A stretch of DNA of 64,000 nucleotides from Solirubrobacteraceae bacterium (GCA_041687955.1 JBDNJF010000033.1:5696-69695), one strand, 5' to 3'. Shown: positions 40,324-51,047, counted from the stretch's first letter. The notes: generated by a model not told the origin, from the sequence alone. Program-made: numbers and translations.

Positions 40324-40902
40324 GTGTCTGCAGCGAACACAAACTCCAAGCCCGCGAGCGGGCTGCTAGCCGAGGCCCACCGCCTCGACGCCTCGCTCTA
40401 CGCCGCAGTCGCTAGCAGCGAAACGCCGTCGATTGACGGCCCGCTGGCATTTATCTCCAACGCCGCCAACCTCTCAAAACCGTGGGTCGTCAGCGCCGCG
40501 CTGCTCTCGCTGCTCGGTGGCCAGCGCGGTCGCCGCGCTGGGCTTTACGGGATCGCATCAACCGCCGCGGCTTCGATTGCCGTAAACGTCGCAATGAAGC
40601 CGCTCAGCCGCCGTCGCCGCCCTAACCGCGAGGCGACCGGCGTGATTGAACGGCGGCACGTTGAAATGCCCAGTTCAACCTCGTTCCCTTCTGGCCATTC
40701 TGCTTCGGCGTTCGCCTTCGTGACCGGGGTTGGCCACGTAATGCCGGCCGCTGGCGCGCTGCTAACAATTCCCGCCGCGGTCGTTGCCTACTCGCGAATT
40801 CACACTGGCGTTCATTACCCCGGTGACGTGCTCGCTGGCAGCCTCTGCGGAGTCGTACTGGCGAAACTGGCCTGCGCCGCACTCGACCGGCGCCGCGCCT
40901 GA
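40324..40902 (+). CDS. PAP2-family phosphatase (membrane)
   Basis: KPLSRRRRP, SFPSGHSASAFA, SRIHTGVHYPGDV (three PAP2 motifs). GTG 40324 is the first plausible start outside the antisense gene. Confidence 0.7.
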   Translation: MSAANTNSKPASGLLAEAHRLDASLYAAVASSETPSIDGPLAFISNAANLSKPWVVSAALLSLLGGQRGRRAGLYGIASTAAASIAVNVAMKPLSRRRRPNREATGVIERRHVEMPSSTSFPSGHSASAFAFVTGVGHVMPAAGALLTIPAAVVAYSRIHTGVHYPGDVLAGSLCGVVLAKLACAALDRRRA

Positions 40903-40906
40903 AGCC

Positions 40907-42118
40907 CTACTCGGCGTAACGGCTCAGCTCGCGCCGAGCGATAACCATTTTGTGCACCTCGTCAGGGCCGTCGGCGAGCCGAAGTGTGCGGGCGCCGGCG
41001 TACATCGCGGCCAGCGGGAAGTCGTCGCTAACGCCGGCGCCGCCATGAATCTGGATCGCCCGGTCGATCACCTCGCAGGCCATCCGTGGCACTACAACCT
41101 TGATTGAAGAGATCGCGTTGCGCGCCGCCTTGTTACCGGCCTCGTCCATCTGCCACGCAGCGTCGACTGTCAGCAGCCGCGCTTGGTCAATCGCGATCCG
41201 GCTCTCGGCGATCCAATCCTGGATGACACCCTGCTCGGCCAGTGTTTTACGAAAAGCTTCACGCGATAGCGCGCGGCGGCAAGCCATCTCGAGCGCCCGC
41301 TCGGCCATTCCAATCAGCCGCATGCAGTGATGGATGCGGCCTGGCCCAAGCCGCGCCTGAGCGATCATGAAGCCGCCGCCCTCCGGCCCGAGCAGGTTCG
41401 AAGTTGGAACTCGAACGTCCTCGAAGAGGAGCTCGGAGTGCGTTTCGCGGTCAAGGTAGCCAAAGACCTTGAGGTTGCGTACGTGCGTAATCCCGGGCGT
41501 GTCGAGCGGCACAATCACCATGCTTTGCTGCGCGTGCGCGCGCGCCTGCGGATCGGTCTTGCCCATCACAATCGAAAATTTGCAGCTTTCGCGACCAGCG
41601 CCGGAGCTCCACCACTTGCGCCCCTTAATCACGTATTCGTCGCCTTCGCGCGTGATCGAGGTTTCAACGTTGGTCGCGTCGGAAGAGGCAACGTCCGGCT
41701 CGGTCATCGAAAAGCAGGAGCGGATCTCCCCCTCAAGTAGCGGCCGCAGCCATTGCTGCTGCTGCTCGGGGGTTCCAAACTCGGTTAGTAGCTCCATGTT
41801 GCCGGTGTCTGGCGCCGAGCAGTTCATTGCCTCAGGTGCAAGGTGGATCGAGCGGCCGGAGATCTCCGCCAGCGGTGCGTAATCGAAGTTCGATAGGCCC
41901 TCCGTCCATTCGGTCTTGTGCGGCAGGAAGAGGTTCCAAAGGCCCCGCCCTCGAGCCTCAAGCTTCAGCTCTTCGATGATTTGTGGATGGTGCTCGGGGT
42001 CGCCAGCCTCTTCCATCTGCTGCTCGAAGACGGGCTCAGCCGGGTATACGCACTCGTCCATGAAGGCCAGCAACTTCTCCTGTAGCTGCGCGCCCTCCTC
42101 GCTCACCTCGAACTGCAT
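40907..42118 (-). CDS. acyl-CoA dehydrogenase (ACAD10/11-like, GPDEVH type)
   Basis: [13 protein letters not shown]-terminal [16 protein letters not shown]. Confidence 0.9.
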   Translation of the reverse strand: MQFEVSEEGAQLQEKLLAFMDECVYPAEPVFEQQMEEAGDPEHHPQIIEELKLEARGRGLWNLFLPHKTEWTEGLSNFDYAPLAEISGRSIHLAPEAMNCSAPDTGNMELLTEFGTPEQQQQWLRPLLEGEIRSCFSMTEPDVASSDATNVETSITREGDEYVIKGRKWWSSGAGRESCKFSIVMGKTDPQARAHAQQSMVIVPLDTPGITHVRNLKVFGYLDRETHSELLFEDVRVPTSNLLGPEGGGFMIAQARLGPGRIHHCMRLIGMAERALEMACRRALSREAFRKTLAEQGVIQDWIAESRIAIDQARLLTVDAAWQMDEAGNKAARNAISSIKVVVPRMACEVIDRAIQIHGGAGVSDDFPLAAMYAGARTLRLADGPDEVHKMVIARRELSRYAE

Positions 42119-43149
42119 CAGCTTGCTCCGGCGACCGCCAGCGAAGCGGCCGTCAGCGCCGTCACGCGCGCGCGCTGCTTACTGGCGCCGCCGAGCATCG
42201 CCGCGTCGAGCTGTGCTCGCTTGAAGAACCAGTGCACGTTGGCCTCCCACGTGAAGCCAATTCCGCCGTGAACTTGAATCGATGAAGCTGTCACAGAGAG
42301 CGCTGCCTCGCAGGCCGCGGCCTTGGCAATCGCGGAAGCCAGAGCCAGCTGCGACTCGTCGGCATCGGCTGCCCAGCCGCCGAAGTAAGTCGCCGAGCGG
42401 GCGCCCTCTGTGTCAAAGAGCATCTGCGCGCAACGATGCGAGATAGCTTGGAAAGCGCCGATCGGAGTGTCGAACTGCTTGCGCTCTTTCGCGTACTCGA
42501 TCGCCATCTCCTGCGTCCGCTGCGCAATGCCGACCATCTCGGCTGAAAGCGCAACTTCTGCGCGAGCCAGCGCGCTGGCAACATCACCGCTTAGCGCTTC
42601 GCCGCCACTGGCGCTGGCGCTGACGCTGACGCGCGCATAGCGGCGCGTTGGGTCGATCGTCGAGACCGGCTCAACCTCTGCCTCGCCGCGAGCAACTAGC
42701 GTTGCCGAGTCACCTTCGATTAAGACGATCACCGCTGCGCCGTCGGCGTCAGGGACCACTTCGGCCGTGCCGCCGCTGGCAAAGGCTACGGTCGCCGTTG
42801 CCTCGCCGGATGCGATCCCAGGGAGCCACTTAGCGCACTGCTCGTCGCTGCCAGCGTGCTCAATCATCAAACCGCCGAGCGCGTTTGCAAGGAATGGCGA
42901 AGCTGCGAGCGCGTAGCCGAGCTCCTCGCAGAGAATCATTAGCTCCACAACGCCGAGGCCAGCGCCGCCGTACTGCTCGTCAATCGCAATTCCGGTCCAA
43001 CCGAGTTCGCGTAGCTCGCTGAATAGCGACTCGTCGTAGGCCTCGCCTTCAGCGGCTTCGCGGAGCTGCTCAAGCCCTGAACGCTTCGCCAGCAGCTCAC
43101 GCGCAGTGCGCTTAATCTCATGCTGGTCTTCAGTGAAGTCGAAGTTCAT
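42118..43149 (-). CDS. acyl-CoA dehydrogenase-family protein lacking the C-terminal catalytic Glu (probable non-catalytic beta subunit)
   Basis: ACAD fold throughout, but the position equivalent to YEGT reads MLGG. Start at ATG 43149 (MNFDFTEDQ). Confidence 0.8.
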   Translation of the reverse strand: MNFDFTEDQHEIKRTARELLAKRSGLEQLREAAEGEAYDESLFSELRELGWTGIAIDEQYGGAGLGVVELMILCEELGYALAASPFLANALGGLMIEHAGSDEQCAKWLPGIASGEATATVAFASGGTAEVVPDADGAAVIVLIEGDSATLVARGEAEVEPVSTIDPTRRYARVSVSASASGGEALSGDVASALARAEVALSAEMVGIAQRTQEMAIEYAKERKQFDTPIGAFQAISHRCAQMLFDTEGARSATYFGGWAADADESQLALASAIAKAAACEAALSVTASSIQVHGGIGFTWEANVHWFFKRAQLDAAMLGGASKQRARVTALTAASLAVAGAS

Positions 43150-43159
43150 CTCAATCCAC

Positions 43160-44296
43160 CTACTTCTTCCTTGGAAGGCCAAGCACACGCTCAGCGATGA
43201 TGTTTTTTAAGACCTCAGTTGTGCCGCCCTCAATCGAGTTACCACGAGAGCGCAGCATGGCGCGGCCCCAACTCGAGCCGCCGGCGAGGGATTGCACCCC
43301 GAGCGCCTGAGTGGCGAACTGCATTAGCTCCTGGTTGCCCTGTGACCACATCCACTTCGTCAGCGAGCCTTCCGGCCCCGGCTGGCCGTACTTCATCGTT
43401 GCCGTTAGGCCGCGGTATGCGGTCAGGCGCAGAATCTCACACTTAATGTGCAGCGAGCCAAGTTCGTCGGCGATCATTGGATCGTCTAGCTTTCCACTGG
43501 CAGCCAGCTCCTCAGTCAGCTCATCGAGCGCAACCTTCATAGCGACCTGCAGCCCGAAGGCGAGGCCGGCGCGCTCGTTCATTAGCGTCGTGAGAGCGAC
43601 TGTCCATCCGTTTCCTTCGCCGCCGAGCACGTTGGCCGCTGGAATGCGCGCGTTCTCAAGAAACAGCTCATTGAACTCAGCGTCGCCGGTGATCTGGCGC
43701 AGCGGCCGAACCTCAACCCCTTCTTGCTCCATATCGAGGATGAAATAAGTCAAACCTTTGTGCTTTGGCGCATCGAAATCGGTCCGCGCAACGAACATGC
43801 ACCACTTCGAGTACTGGGCGCCGCTGGTCCAGACCTTCTGGCCGGTAACGAGCCAATCGTCGCCGTCACGGACGGCCTTTGACTTCAGCGATGCGAAGTC
43901 AGATCCGGCCTCCGGCTCGGAGAAGCCTTGGCACCAGATCTCCTCTCCCGACATGATCGGGTCGAGATAGCGCTGCTTCTGCTGATCGTCGCCCCAGGTC
44001 ATCAGCGTTGGGCCAGCGAGTAGAAGACCAAGAACGTTGGCTGGGAAAGGCGCCCGTGCGCGGGCCAGCTCCTCATTGAAGATCGCCGCCTCGACCAGCG
44101 TTGCGTCGCGCCCGCCGTACTCGGTTGGCCAATGCACGGCCGCCCAGCCAGCTTCGTAGAGCTGGCGCTGCCAGTCGCGGCGAAAGGCGTACCCATCATC
44201 TTCGCCAGCCGGTTCATCGCCAGGGTGGTTGGCCTGGATCCAAGCGCGTAGTTCATTGCGAAACGCGCTCTCAGACTCGTTGAATGTGAGGTCCAT
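43160..44296 (-). CDS. acyl-CoA dehydrogenase (probable catalytic alpha subunit)
   Basis: FSEPEAGSD, C-terminal SIEGGTTEVLKNIIAERVLG retains the Glu. Separated by 10 nt from the downstream ACAD-like gene. Confidence 0.85.
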   Translation of the reverse strand: MDLTFNESESAFRNELRAWIQANHPGDEPAGEDDGYAFRRDWQRQLYEAGWAAVHWPTEYGGRDATLVEAAIFNEELARARAPFPANVLGLLLAGPTLMTWGDDQQKQRYLDPIMSGEEIWCQGFSEPEAGSDFASLKSKAVRDGDDWLVTGQKVWTSGAQYSKWCMFVARTDFDAPKHKGLTYFILDMEQEGVEVRPLRQITGDAEFNELFLENARIPAANVLGGEGNGWTVALTTLMNERAGLAFGLQVAMKVALDELTEELAASGKLDDPMIADELGSLHIKCEILRLTAYRGLTATMKYGQPGPEGSLTKWMWSQGNQELMQFATQALGVQSLAGGSSWGRAMLRSRGNSIEGGTTEVLKNIIAERVLGLPRKK

Positions 44297-44319
44297 CAGG
44301 CTCCAATCGGGGTGACTAA

Positions 44320-44344
44320 AACTGACCTTACCGAACGGTCAGTT
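44320..44344 (-). terminator. hairpin AACTGACC-N9-GGTCAGTT downstream of the GMC oxidoreductase (terminator or operator)
   Basis: Perfect 8-bp inverted repeat read from the sequence. On the minus strand it is followed by TTAG, so the U-tract is weak. Confidence 0.3.
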
Positions 44345-44371
44345 AGGTCGCGGCGCGCCCGTCGCGGCAGC

Positions 44372-45961
44372 TCAGGCGGGTGCGAGCGACTGCTCACGGA
44401 TCAAGTCGGCGGCGCGCTCAGCGACCATGATCGTGGGCGCGTTGGTGTTACCGCCAGGGATCAGCGGCATAATCGAAGCGTCAATCACGCGAAGTCCTTC
44501 GATTCCGCGCACGCGCGTCTGCGGATCAACGACCGCTCCTTCATCGCTGCCCATTCGGCAGGTTCCGACGGGGTGGTAGAGCGTCTCGACGCGGCGCCTC
44601 AGGTCAGCGGCGATGTCATCGTCATCGGTCACCGGCACCCCAGGCAGCAGCTCGGCGCCAACAAGATCCTTGAGTGGCCCGCTCGAAGCGATCTCGCGCG
44701 CAAGCTTCACGCCAGCAACCATCGAAGCAACGTCTTCTGGCTCGACCAGCATGTTGGTCAGGATCCGCGGCGGCGCAGTCGGGTCGGCCGAGCGCAATCT
44801 CACGTGGCCACGGCTCTTCGGCGAGATGAGAACCGGGGCGATCGTCAGCGCGTGGCCGTCGTAGGTCGTTGCTCCGTGGTCTACGAAATAGGCGGGAGCA
44901 AAGTGAAACTGGAGGTCCGGGGCGGGCAGGCCAGGCCGGCTACGAACGAAAGCAAATGCTTCGGCAACGCTCGAAGAGAGCGGGCCACTGCGACGCAGCA
45001 GCCACTCCAACATCGCCTTCGGCGTCTCGGCGTCAGCCAATGAGCCGCCGCCGGGAAGGTCCCAAGTGCAGACCAGCGACGGGTGGTCATGAAGATTGAC
45101 ACCGACGCCAGGGAGGTCATGGAGCAGCTCAACGCCAACCTCAGCGAGGTGATCGGCCGGGCCAATTCCCGAAACCATCAGAATCTGCGGCGAGCCAATC
45201 GCGCCGGCGGCAAGGATCACGTCGCGCGATGCTGTGATCAACTTCTCGCGGCCGCGACGATCCAAGTAGCTCACGCCGATCGCGCGCTTACCTTCAAGTT
45301 CAACCCGCTGAACGGTTGCGCCGGTTATCAGTTCAAGGTTGTCGCGCCCTTTGGCCGGCTTTAGATAAGCATCGGCAGTGCTCCAGCGGCGCCCGCCGCG
45401 CTGCGTCACTTGAACCTCGGCAACACCGTCCTGCTCGGGGCCGTTGTAATCATCGATGAAAGGAATCCCCACCGCTTCGGCGCTGGCAATGAAGTCGCGG
45501 GTTAACTTGCGCGGGGAGCGCGCATCCTCAACCCTCTGCGGGCCACCAACGGCGTGGTGCTCTGACACGCCTCGCGAGTTGTCTTCAGATTTGAGGAAAT
45601 AGGACTGAACGTCGTTCCAACCCCAGCCGGGGCAGCCTTCCGCCTCCCAAAGGTCATAGTCCAATGGCCTCCCGCGGACGTAAAGCATCGCGTTCATCGC
45701 GCTCGAACCACCGAGGCCTTTACCGCGCGGAATGAAGATCTCACGGCCATCACAGCCAGGCTCAGGATCGGTCGCGAAATCCCAGTCACGCTTGCTGTGA
45801 AACTGTTCAGCGAAGGCGGCAGGGATGACCACGCTGGGGTGGCGATTTGAGCCACCAGCCTCGAGCAAGGTCACCTTGACCGAAGGGTCCTCGGTGAGCC
45901 GGTTGGCAAGCACGCAGCCAGCCGAACCGGCTCCAACGATTAGATAGTCAGTGTCACTCAT
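44372..45961 (-). CDS. GMC-family FAD oxidoreductase (choline-dehydrogenase-like)
   Basis: [31 protein letters not shown]-terminal [10 protein letters not shown] and [10 protein letters not shown]. Start at ATG 45961. Confidence 0.9.
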   Translation of the reverse strand: MSDTDYLIVGAGSAGCVLANRLTEDPSVKVTLLEAGGSNRHPSVVIPAAFAEQFHSKRDWDFATDPEPGCDGREIFIPRGKGLGGSSAMNAMLYVRGRPLDYDLWEAEGCPGWGWNDVQSYFLKSEDNSRGVSEHHAVGGPQRVEDARSPRKLTRDFIASAEAVGIPFIDDYNGPEQDGVAEVQVTQRGGRRWSTADAYLKPAKGRDNLELITGATVQRVELEGKRAIGVSYLDRRGREKLITASRDVILAAGAIGSPQILMVSGIGPADHLAEVGVELLHDLPGVGVNLHDHPSLVCTWDLPGGGSLADAETPKAMLEWLLRRSGPLSSSVAEAFAFVRSRPGLPAPDLQFHFAPAYFVDHGATTYDGHALTIAPVLISPKSRGHVRLRSADPTAPPRILTNMLVEPEDVASMVAGVKLAREIASSGPLKDLVGAELLPGVPVTDDDDIAADLRRRVETLYHPVGTCRMGSDEGAVVDPQTRVRGIEGLRVIDASIMPLIPGGNTNAPTIMVAERAADLIREQSLAPA

Positions 45962-46027
45962 TGCCGTATCTTTACCGATCGGCGCGCCGAGCGCCAGCAA
46001 GTTGCCACAGCGGGCTACCTTGAACAG

Positions 46028-48196
46028 GTGGATCTGGCAGAAGACCGAGCGAACGTCGAGCTGCGAAATAGCGAGGAGAACGGTGAGATCGTCGTGCTCG
46101 CCTTCCCTTACGACGCGCAGATCGTCGAGCTGGTTAGAGCCATTCCGCAGCGCCGTTTCGATTGGGACCGGCGCGAATGGTGGGCTCCAACCGACGACTG
46201 GGCGGCGCTGCACGTGGCGGACGTGCTGGCGCGCTTCCCGGAACTTACCGCCAGCAAAGAGGTTGACACTTGGATTCGCGCAGTCGAGCGCAGATGGATT
46301 GGGACAGTTAGTACGCGCCGCTACGACGGCCGCGGTTGGTGGGCGCTCGCTACGCGCGCCGGAACCGTTCCGGCCGAGCTGCTCGAAGGCTCAGTCGAGG
46401 CCGACGACGGCGCGCTACTAGTTGAACTGACCGAGGCCAACGCGGCGGTAATCAGCGAGCAGCGATCGGCGCGACTCGACGCTGGCGCAGCGCGCTGCCT
46501 GACCGAGCTTGAAGTCGGCCGCCAGCCTCCGCCCGCGCAGCTCGAGCTGATCAAACGCGTAGACGCCGACTACCTGCGCCTGAGCGTGCTTTGGGATCCC
46601 GAAACGGGGGTTGCTTTTGAGCGGATGCCAGCTTCGGCCGGCACGCGAACGGTGCCGATCGACCCCTGGCTGGTCGAACAGCTCGACGAGTTCATCGCGC
46701 TGCACGATGTTGGCGTGACCGGCGAGGCCGGCCCAGTGCTGGCTCGCCTGCGCGAGCAGCACGCCGCCGCCGCGGCTGCCGTAAAGCAGTCAAAGGCGAT
46801 CAGCGCGGAGCCGATCGACGGGCTGGCGGAGAAGCTTGGCGGCACGCTGGAGCCGTTTCAGTGGGCTGGAGTTCGTTATGCGCTTGAGGCGCGCCGCACG
46901 TTGATCGCTGATGAGCAAGGGCTCGGGAAGACGATTGAGGCACTGGCGACGGTCGAGGCGGACGACGCCTACCCGGTCGTCGTCGTTTGCCCCGCGTCGA
47001 TCAAGCTGGTCTGGGCGCGCGAGGCCGAGCGCTGGCTGCCGCATCGCTCGTTCGCCGTCGTTGAGGGCCGCTCTGCTGTGCCGCCGCAGGCCGACATCAC
47101 GATCCTCAACTACGAAATCGTCGCCGCCCATGGCGAGCAGCTAGCGCGCCGCAATCCGCGCGCACTGATCATCGACGAGTCCCACTACTGCAAAAATCCG
47201 CGCGCGAAACGGACTCAGGCCGTGCGCCGCCTCGCCAGCGTGATCCCCGACGACGGCCTGCGGCTGGCCTTAACCGGCACGCCGGTGCTAAATCACGCCG
47301 AGGAGCTGATCGCGCAGCTGCGCGTGATCGGCCGGCTCGACGACTTCGGCTCTGGTGCACAATTCGCCCGGCGCTTCGGCCCTGACCACTCGCGCAGTGA
47401 GGAGCGGCTGCATTGGCATCTGCGCCGCCACTGCTTCCTGCGCCGCGTTAAGGCCGACGTGCTGCCCCAGCTTCCGGCCAAGCGCCGCAGCATCGTGCCG
47501 ATCGCGCTGACCAACCGCGCCGAGTACCGCAAAGCCGAGACCGACATCATCGCTTGGCTGCGCGACCAGCCGCTCGACCTCAGCGAGCTCGACGCCAAAA
47601 TCGCCGCAACATTGCGCGCCGAACGGCTCGCTCAGCTGGGCGTGCTGCAAAGACTTGCCGGCAGCGGCAAGCTCGATGGTGCGCTCGGCTGGATCCACGA
47701 CTTCCTTGCCTCCGGCGAAGCGCTCGTCGTCTTCGCCCGCCACCGCGAAGTGCAGCAGGCCGTGATCGAGCGCTTCCCCAGCGCCGTTCACTTGGTTGGC
47801 AGCGACAGCGCCGCCGCTCGCCAGAAAGCGATCGATGCTTTTCAGCAGCCGGACGGGCCGCAGCTAATTATCTGCGCGACGCGCGTGGCTGCTCAGGGAA
47901 TCACGCTCACGCGAGCCTCGAACGTCGCCTTCCTTGAGCTCGAATGGACGCCGGCGATGCACGAGCAGGCCGAGGACCGCTGCCACCGAATTGGCCAGCG
48001 CGACGCTGTTACTGCTTGGTACCTCTTGGCGGCGGAGACGATCGACGAGCGGATGTCGCGGCTGATTGAGCGCAAGCGCGCGAGCATCGCCGCCGTTACT
48101 GACGGCAAGCAGGTTGACGGCGACAGCGTCGTTGAAGCGATCGTGCGCGAGCTGCGCGAAGGCGAGCCGTTTAAGCGGCTGCGCTCAGTCGCTTGA
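46028..48196 (+). CDS. SNF2-family helicase with HARP-like N-terminal domain
   Basis: SNF2_N motifs (LIADEQGLGKT, DESHYCKN) and Helicase_C (QAEDRCHRIGQ). The N-terminal region VVLAFPYDAQIVELVRAIPQRRFDWDRREWWAP resembles HARP domains. Confidence 0.85.
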   Translation: MDLAEDRANVELRNSEENGEIVVLAFPYDAQIVELVRAIPQRRFDWDRREWWAPTDDWAALHVADVLARFPELTASKEVDTWIRAVERRWIGTVSTRRYDGRGWWALATRAGTVPAELLEGSVEADDGALLVELTEANAAVISEQRSARLDAGAARCLTELEVGRQPPPAQLELIKRVDADYLRLSVLWDPETGVAFERMPASAGTRTVPIDPWLVEQLDEFIALHDVGVTGEAGPVLARLREQHAAAAAAVKQSKAISAEPIDGLAEKLGGTLEPFQWAGVRYALEARRTLIADEQGLGKTIEALATVEADDAYPVVVVCPASIKLVWAREAERWLPHRSFAVVEGRSAVPPQADITILNYEIVAAHGEQLARRNPRALIIDESHYCKNPRAKRTQAVRRLASVIPDDGLRLALTGTPVLNHAEELIAQLRVIGRLDDFGSGAQFARRFGPDHSRSEERLHWHLRRHCFLRRVKADVLPQLPAKRRSIVPIALTNRAEYRKAETDIIAWLRDQPLDLSELDAKIAATLRAERLAQLGVLQRLAGSGKLDGALGWIHDFLASGEALVVFARHREVQQAVIERFPSAVHLVGSDSAAARQKAIDAFQQPDGPQLIICATRVAAQGITLTRASNVAFLELEWTPAMHEQAEDRCHRIGQRDAVTAWYLLAAETIDERMSRLIERKRASIAAVTDGKQVDGDSVVEAIVRELREGEPFKRLRSVA

Positions 48197-49279
48197 CTCG
48201 GGCGCCACGACTGGCTTCCCCTTCGCGCCTTTCGGTTGCTGCTTTATCGCTACGCCGGAGCGGTGCAAGAGGTAAATCGCGACGAGCCCGACGAGATTCA
48301 CGATCCAGAAGCTGATCACGCGATAGCCGATTACTGCCAGCGCCGCGATCGTCGCGTTCACGCCGAGCGCCGCGAGAATCCCCGTTTCGGCGACCTCGAC
48401 GATGCCAATTCCCCCAGGAGTAATTGGAATTGTTGCCAGTAGTCGCCCAACCGTCGACGCCAAGAGAACGGCGCCGATGTGCGGCGACTGGTTGAGCCCC
48501 CAAAGCATCGCGTAGAGAACTGCGGTGTCAAGAATCCAGTAGCCAAAGGAGTAGGCGACCGTACCCCACGCCTGGCGGCCGCGGAGCATTTGCTGCGACT
48601 GCAGCGCGATCGCTTCCGCGCGGCTGCGGATCTGCTTCGGGCTTAACTTCTTGACGAATCGCTGGGCCAGCTTTGCCCCCGCGCCCGCGAGCGAGCCGGC
48701 GATCTTTGGCCAGATGATCGCGGCAGCCAGCGCAGCGATCGCGATGATCAAGATCGGCATCCCGATCGCAACCGCGTCGACGTAGCTTGACGAGCTGTCA
48801 GGTTGGCCCGAGGAGAGGCCAAAACCGATTACAAAGAGCACGATCAGCGTGACGATCGAGAGCGCTTTCGTCAGAGTCGCCGCTGTTGCCGCTTCAGCCG
48901 GCTCGACGTTGCGCTTGCGCAGCGCGTCAGCGACCATCACCGTTGCTGTGACTGACCCGCCCGGCAGCAGCACGGCAACCGCCATCTGCGCGTACCAAAC
49001 CTGCCCGAGCACCCAATCTGGTGGCGACGGCTGCTTCAGTGCCCTAAGCGAGCGCTTCAAAACCAACATTCCGCTTAGCTGCGCTACAAACTCAAGGCCC
49101 AAACCGATCAGCAGCGCGTAAGGGTGGACCTGCTCGAGGCTCTGGCGAGCCTGCTCTGGCATCTTCGTCAGCGTTGGCAGCAGCGTGTAGACGACGCCAG
49201 CAATTAGGAGAATCCAGGTGATTCGCCAGACGAGGCGCCAGTTGATCCTTTTGATTAGCGGCGCGCCGTCACTCATCAA
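48185..49279 (-). CDS. flippase-like / lysylphosphatidylglycerol-synthase TM-region family membrane protein
   Basis: About 8 TM segments; the GGIGIVE motif near the C-terminus is typical of this family. Confidence 0.7.
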   Translation of the reverse strand: MMSDGAPLIKRINWRLVWRITWILLIAGVVYTLLPTLTKMPEQARQSLEQVHPYALLIGLGLEFVAQLSGMLVLKRSLRALKQPSPPDWVLGQVWYAQMAVAVLLPGGSVTATVMVADALRKRNVEPAEAATAATLTKALSIVTLIVLFVIGFGLSSGQPDSSSSYVDAVAIGMPILIIAIAALAAAIIWPKIAGSLAGAGAKLAQRFVKKLSPKQIRSRAEAIALQSQQMLRGRQAWGTVAYSFGYWILDTAVLYAMLWGLNQSPHIGAVLLASTVGRLLATIPITPGGIGIVEVAETGILAALGVNATIAALAVIGYRVISFWIVNLVGLVAIYLLHRSGVAIKQQPKGAKGKPVVAPESSD

Positions 49280-49394
49280 GGCCGCACGCTAGCGGCAGAT
49301 CGGCTGCAAGTGGCGCACGATCGGCCGCTTAGCAGTAAAGTTCGATTAACTAGTTGGTCTCTCAGCCAACGTCTTTCAATTTTGGGGAGAGAAG

Positions 49395-50639
49395 ATGTCA
49401 CTGAAGAATCGCAGCACCCGCCTACTGATCCTGACCGTCGCGGCGACCGCGATGCTGCTTCCAGGAGCATCGCTCGCTCAGGCTGGCTACGGCGGGAATG
49501 GCGCGGCGAAGGGTCCTGCAGGCAATGCTTTCTACAACCCGTCATCTAAGCAGATCAAGGCCGGTAAGCCGGGCTCAATCATCTGGTCGCGCCAAATTAA
49601 GTACACAGCCGACGGGCGCGTCGCGCTGCGCTCCGCATCAAAGACGATGCTCGTGCTTTATCGCTCGCTCAGCAACAAGGGCAAGCCGATCGCCGTCTCC
49701 GGCACCGTTGACGTGCCGAAAGGCAAGGCGCCAAAGGGCGGCTGGAAGATGGTCTCATTCGCCCACGGCACAACCGGAGCCGCTGATGCTTGCGCGCCGT
49801 CGCGGACTGCTGCTGGCGGCCCGGCAGATGGCTACATCGCTTATGCCTCTGCCTCCTATGACGGCTGGCTGAAGGGTGGTTATGCAATTCTCCGCACCGA
49901 CTACGAGGGGCTCGGAACTGCCGGCCCCCATCCGTACCTGATCGGTGCGTCGGAGGGCCGCGGCGTCGTTGACATCGCGCTCGCCGCGCGCAACCTGCTC
50001 GGCACCAAGCTGCTCAGCAAGGATTGGGCAATTGGTGGCCACTCGCAGGGCGGCCACGCCGCGCTGTTCGCCGCCTCGCTGGCGCCGAAGCTGGCGCCGG
50101 GGCTGAGGCTCAAGGGTGTCTTTGCGTATGCACCCGCCTCGCACATTTACGAGCAGAAACTGGCAATCGCTGGTCTCGGTGACTCGTTTAAGGGATTGAC
50201 GGGCCTAGCGACGTTGATTCTCTACAGCGCCGCTATTGAAGCCGGCGTTGACCCCGCATCTCTGGTTCAGCCGCAGATCGCAGCGCTGCTTGGCAAGATC
50301 GAAGAGGTCTGCTCAGGGGAGCTCGGGTCGGCGGCAATTTTCGGTGACATTGCGCCGAACGCAGTCCTGAGGCCTGGCGTCAACACCGACGCTGTCGACA
50401 AGGTGCTCAAGGCAATGAACCCGAATGTCAAAATCAAGGTTCCAGTGCTGATCCTGCAAGGCAAGGACGACGGGACGGTCTTCCCCGCCTTCACCGACGC
50501 GCTGGAAGTTGAGCTAGTCAAGAGCGGTGGCAAGGTGACTTACACCAAGTTCGACGGTTTGAACCACGTCAGCATCGTCACTGACTCCAAGCCGCAGGCC
50601 GCTGTACTGGCCTTCCTGCGCGCCCAGCTCGGACGCTAG
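49395..50639 (+). CDS. secreted alpha/beta hydrolase, LIP-type lipase family
   Basis: Signal peptide (LLILTVAATAMLLPGASLAQA), nucleophile elbow GGHSQGG, good SD (GGGGAGAG). Confidence 0.75.
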   Translation: MSLKNRSTRLLILTVAATAMLLPGASLAQAGYGGNGAAKGPAGNAFYNPSSKQIKAGKPGSIIWSRQIKYTADGRVALRSASKTMLVLYRSLSNKGKPIAVSGTVDVPKGKAPKGGWKMVSFAHGTTGAADACAPSRTAAGGPADGYIAYASASYDGWLKGGYAILRTDYEGLGTAGPHPYLIGASEGRGVVDIALAARNLLGTKLLSKDWAIGGHSQGGHAALFAASLAPKLAPGLRLKGVFAYAPASHIYEQKLAIAGLGDSFKGLTGLATLILYSAAIEAGVDPASLVQPQIAALLGKIEEVCSGELGSAAIFGDIAPNAVLRPGVNTDAVDKVLKAMNPNVKIKVPVLILQGKDDGTVFPAFTDALEVELVKSGGKVTYTKFDGLNHVSIVTDSKPQAAVLAFLRAQLGR

Positions 50640-50651
50640 AAGCAAGCGCGG

Positions 50652-51047
50652 CTAAGCCCGGCCCGCGGCCTTCGCCGCGAGCCGGGCAAGCAGCCGCGTT
50701 ACTAACGGAGCGTAAAAAGCCCGCATTGCCGCCTCAATTGGCGCCGGTGCTTCGATCTCGATGATCACCCTGCAGCCGTCGCCTGCGGCTTCGACGCGGT
50801 GAGCCATCAACGCCGGCCCTACCCTCCAGCTCCACGAACGTCCCGGATCAACTTCAGTGATCACGGCCCGGACCGGCACGACGCCGAGCAGCCGGACAAA
50901 GCCAGCTGCACCCTCGCGAACCTCCGGCTCGCCCAGCCCCCAGCCGCCGCGAACGTGCGGCGCCCACTCGTGCCAGCGGCCGGGGTGGGCAAGCAGCTGC
51001 CAGGCCTCTTCTGGACTGGCCGACGAACGCGCCTGACAGCTGAACAT
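50652..51047 (-). CDS. SRPBCC-family (polyketide cyclase/dehydrase-like) protein
   Basis: About 130 aa with W-rich motifs (RWHEWAPHV, SWSWRVG). Start shares 1 nt with the upstream gene's stop (TGATG). Confidence 0.65.
   Translation of the reverse strand: MFSCQARSSASPEEAWQLLAHPGRWHEWAPHVRGGWGLGEPEVREGAAGFVRLLGVVPVRAVITEVDPGRSWSWRVGPALMAHRVEAAGDGCRVIIEIEAPAPIEAAMRAFYAPLVTRLLARLAAKAAGRA

Noticed and set aside
44312-45043. 243-aa plus-strand ORF
   Set aside because: It is antisense to the GMC oxidoreductase, which has unmistakable FAD and GMC motifs. Its Arg/Ser-rich composition is typical of high-GC shadow ORFs.
46028-48196. SNF2 helicase as the core of a phage-defence system (DISARM, Zorya or BREX-like)
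   Set aside because: No methyltransferase, nuclease, PLD, DUF1998 or other partner gene is adjacent. The neighbours are an oxidoreductase and a membrane protein.
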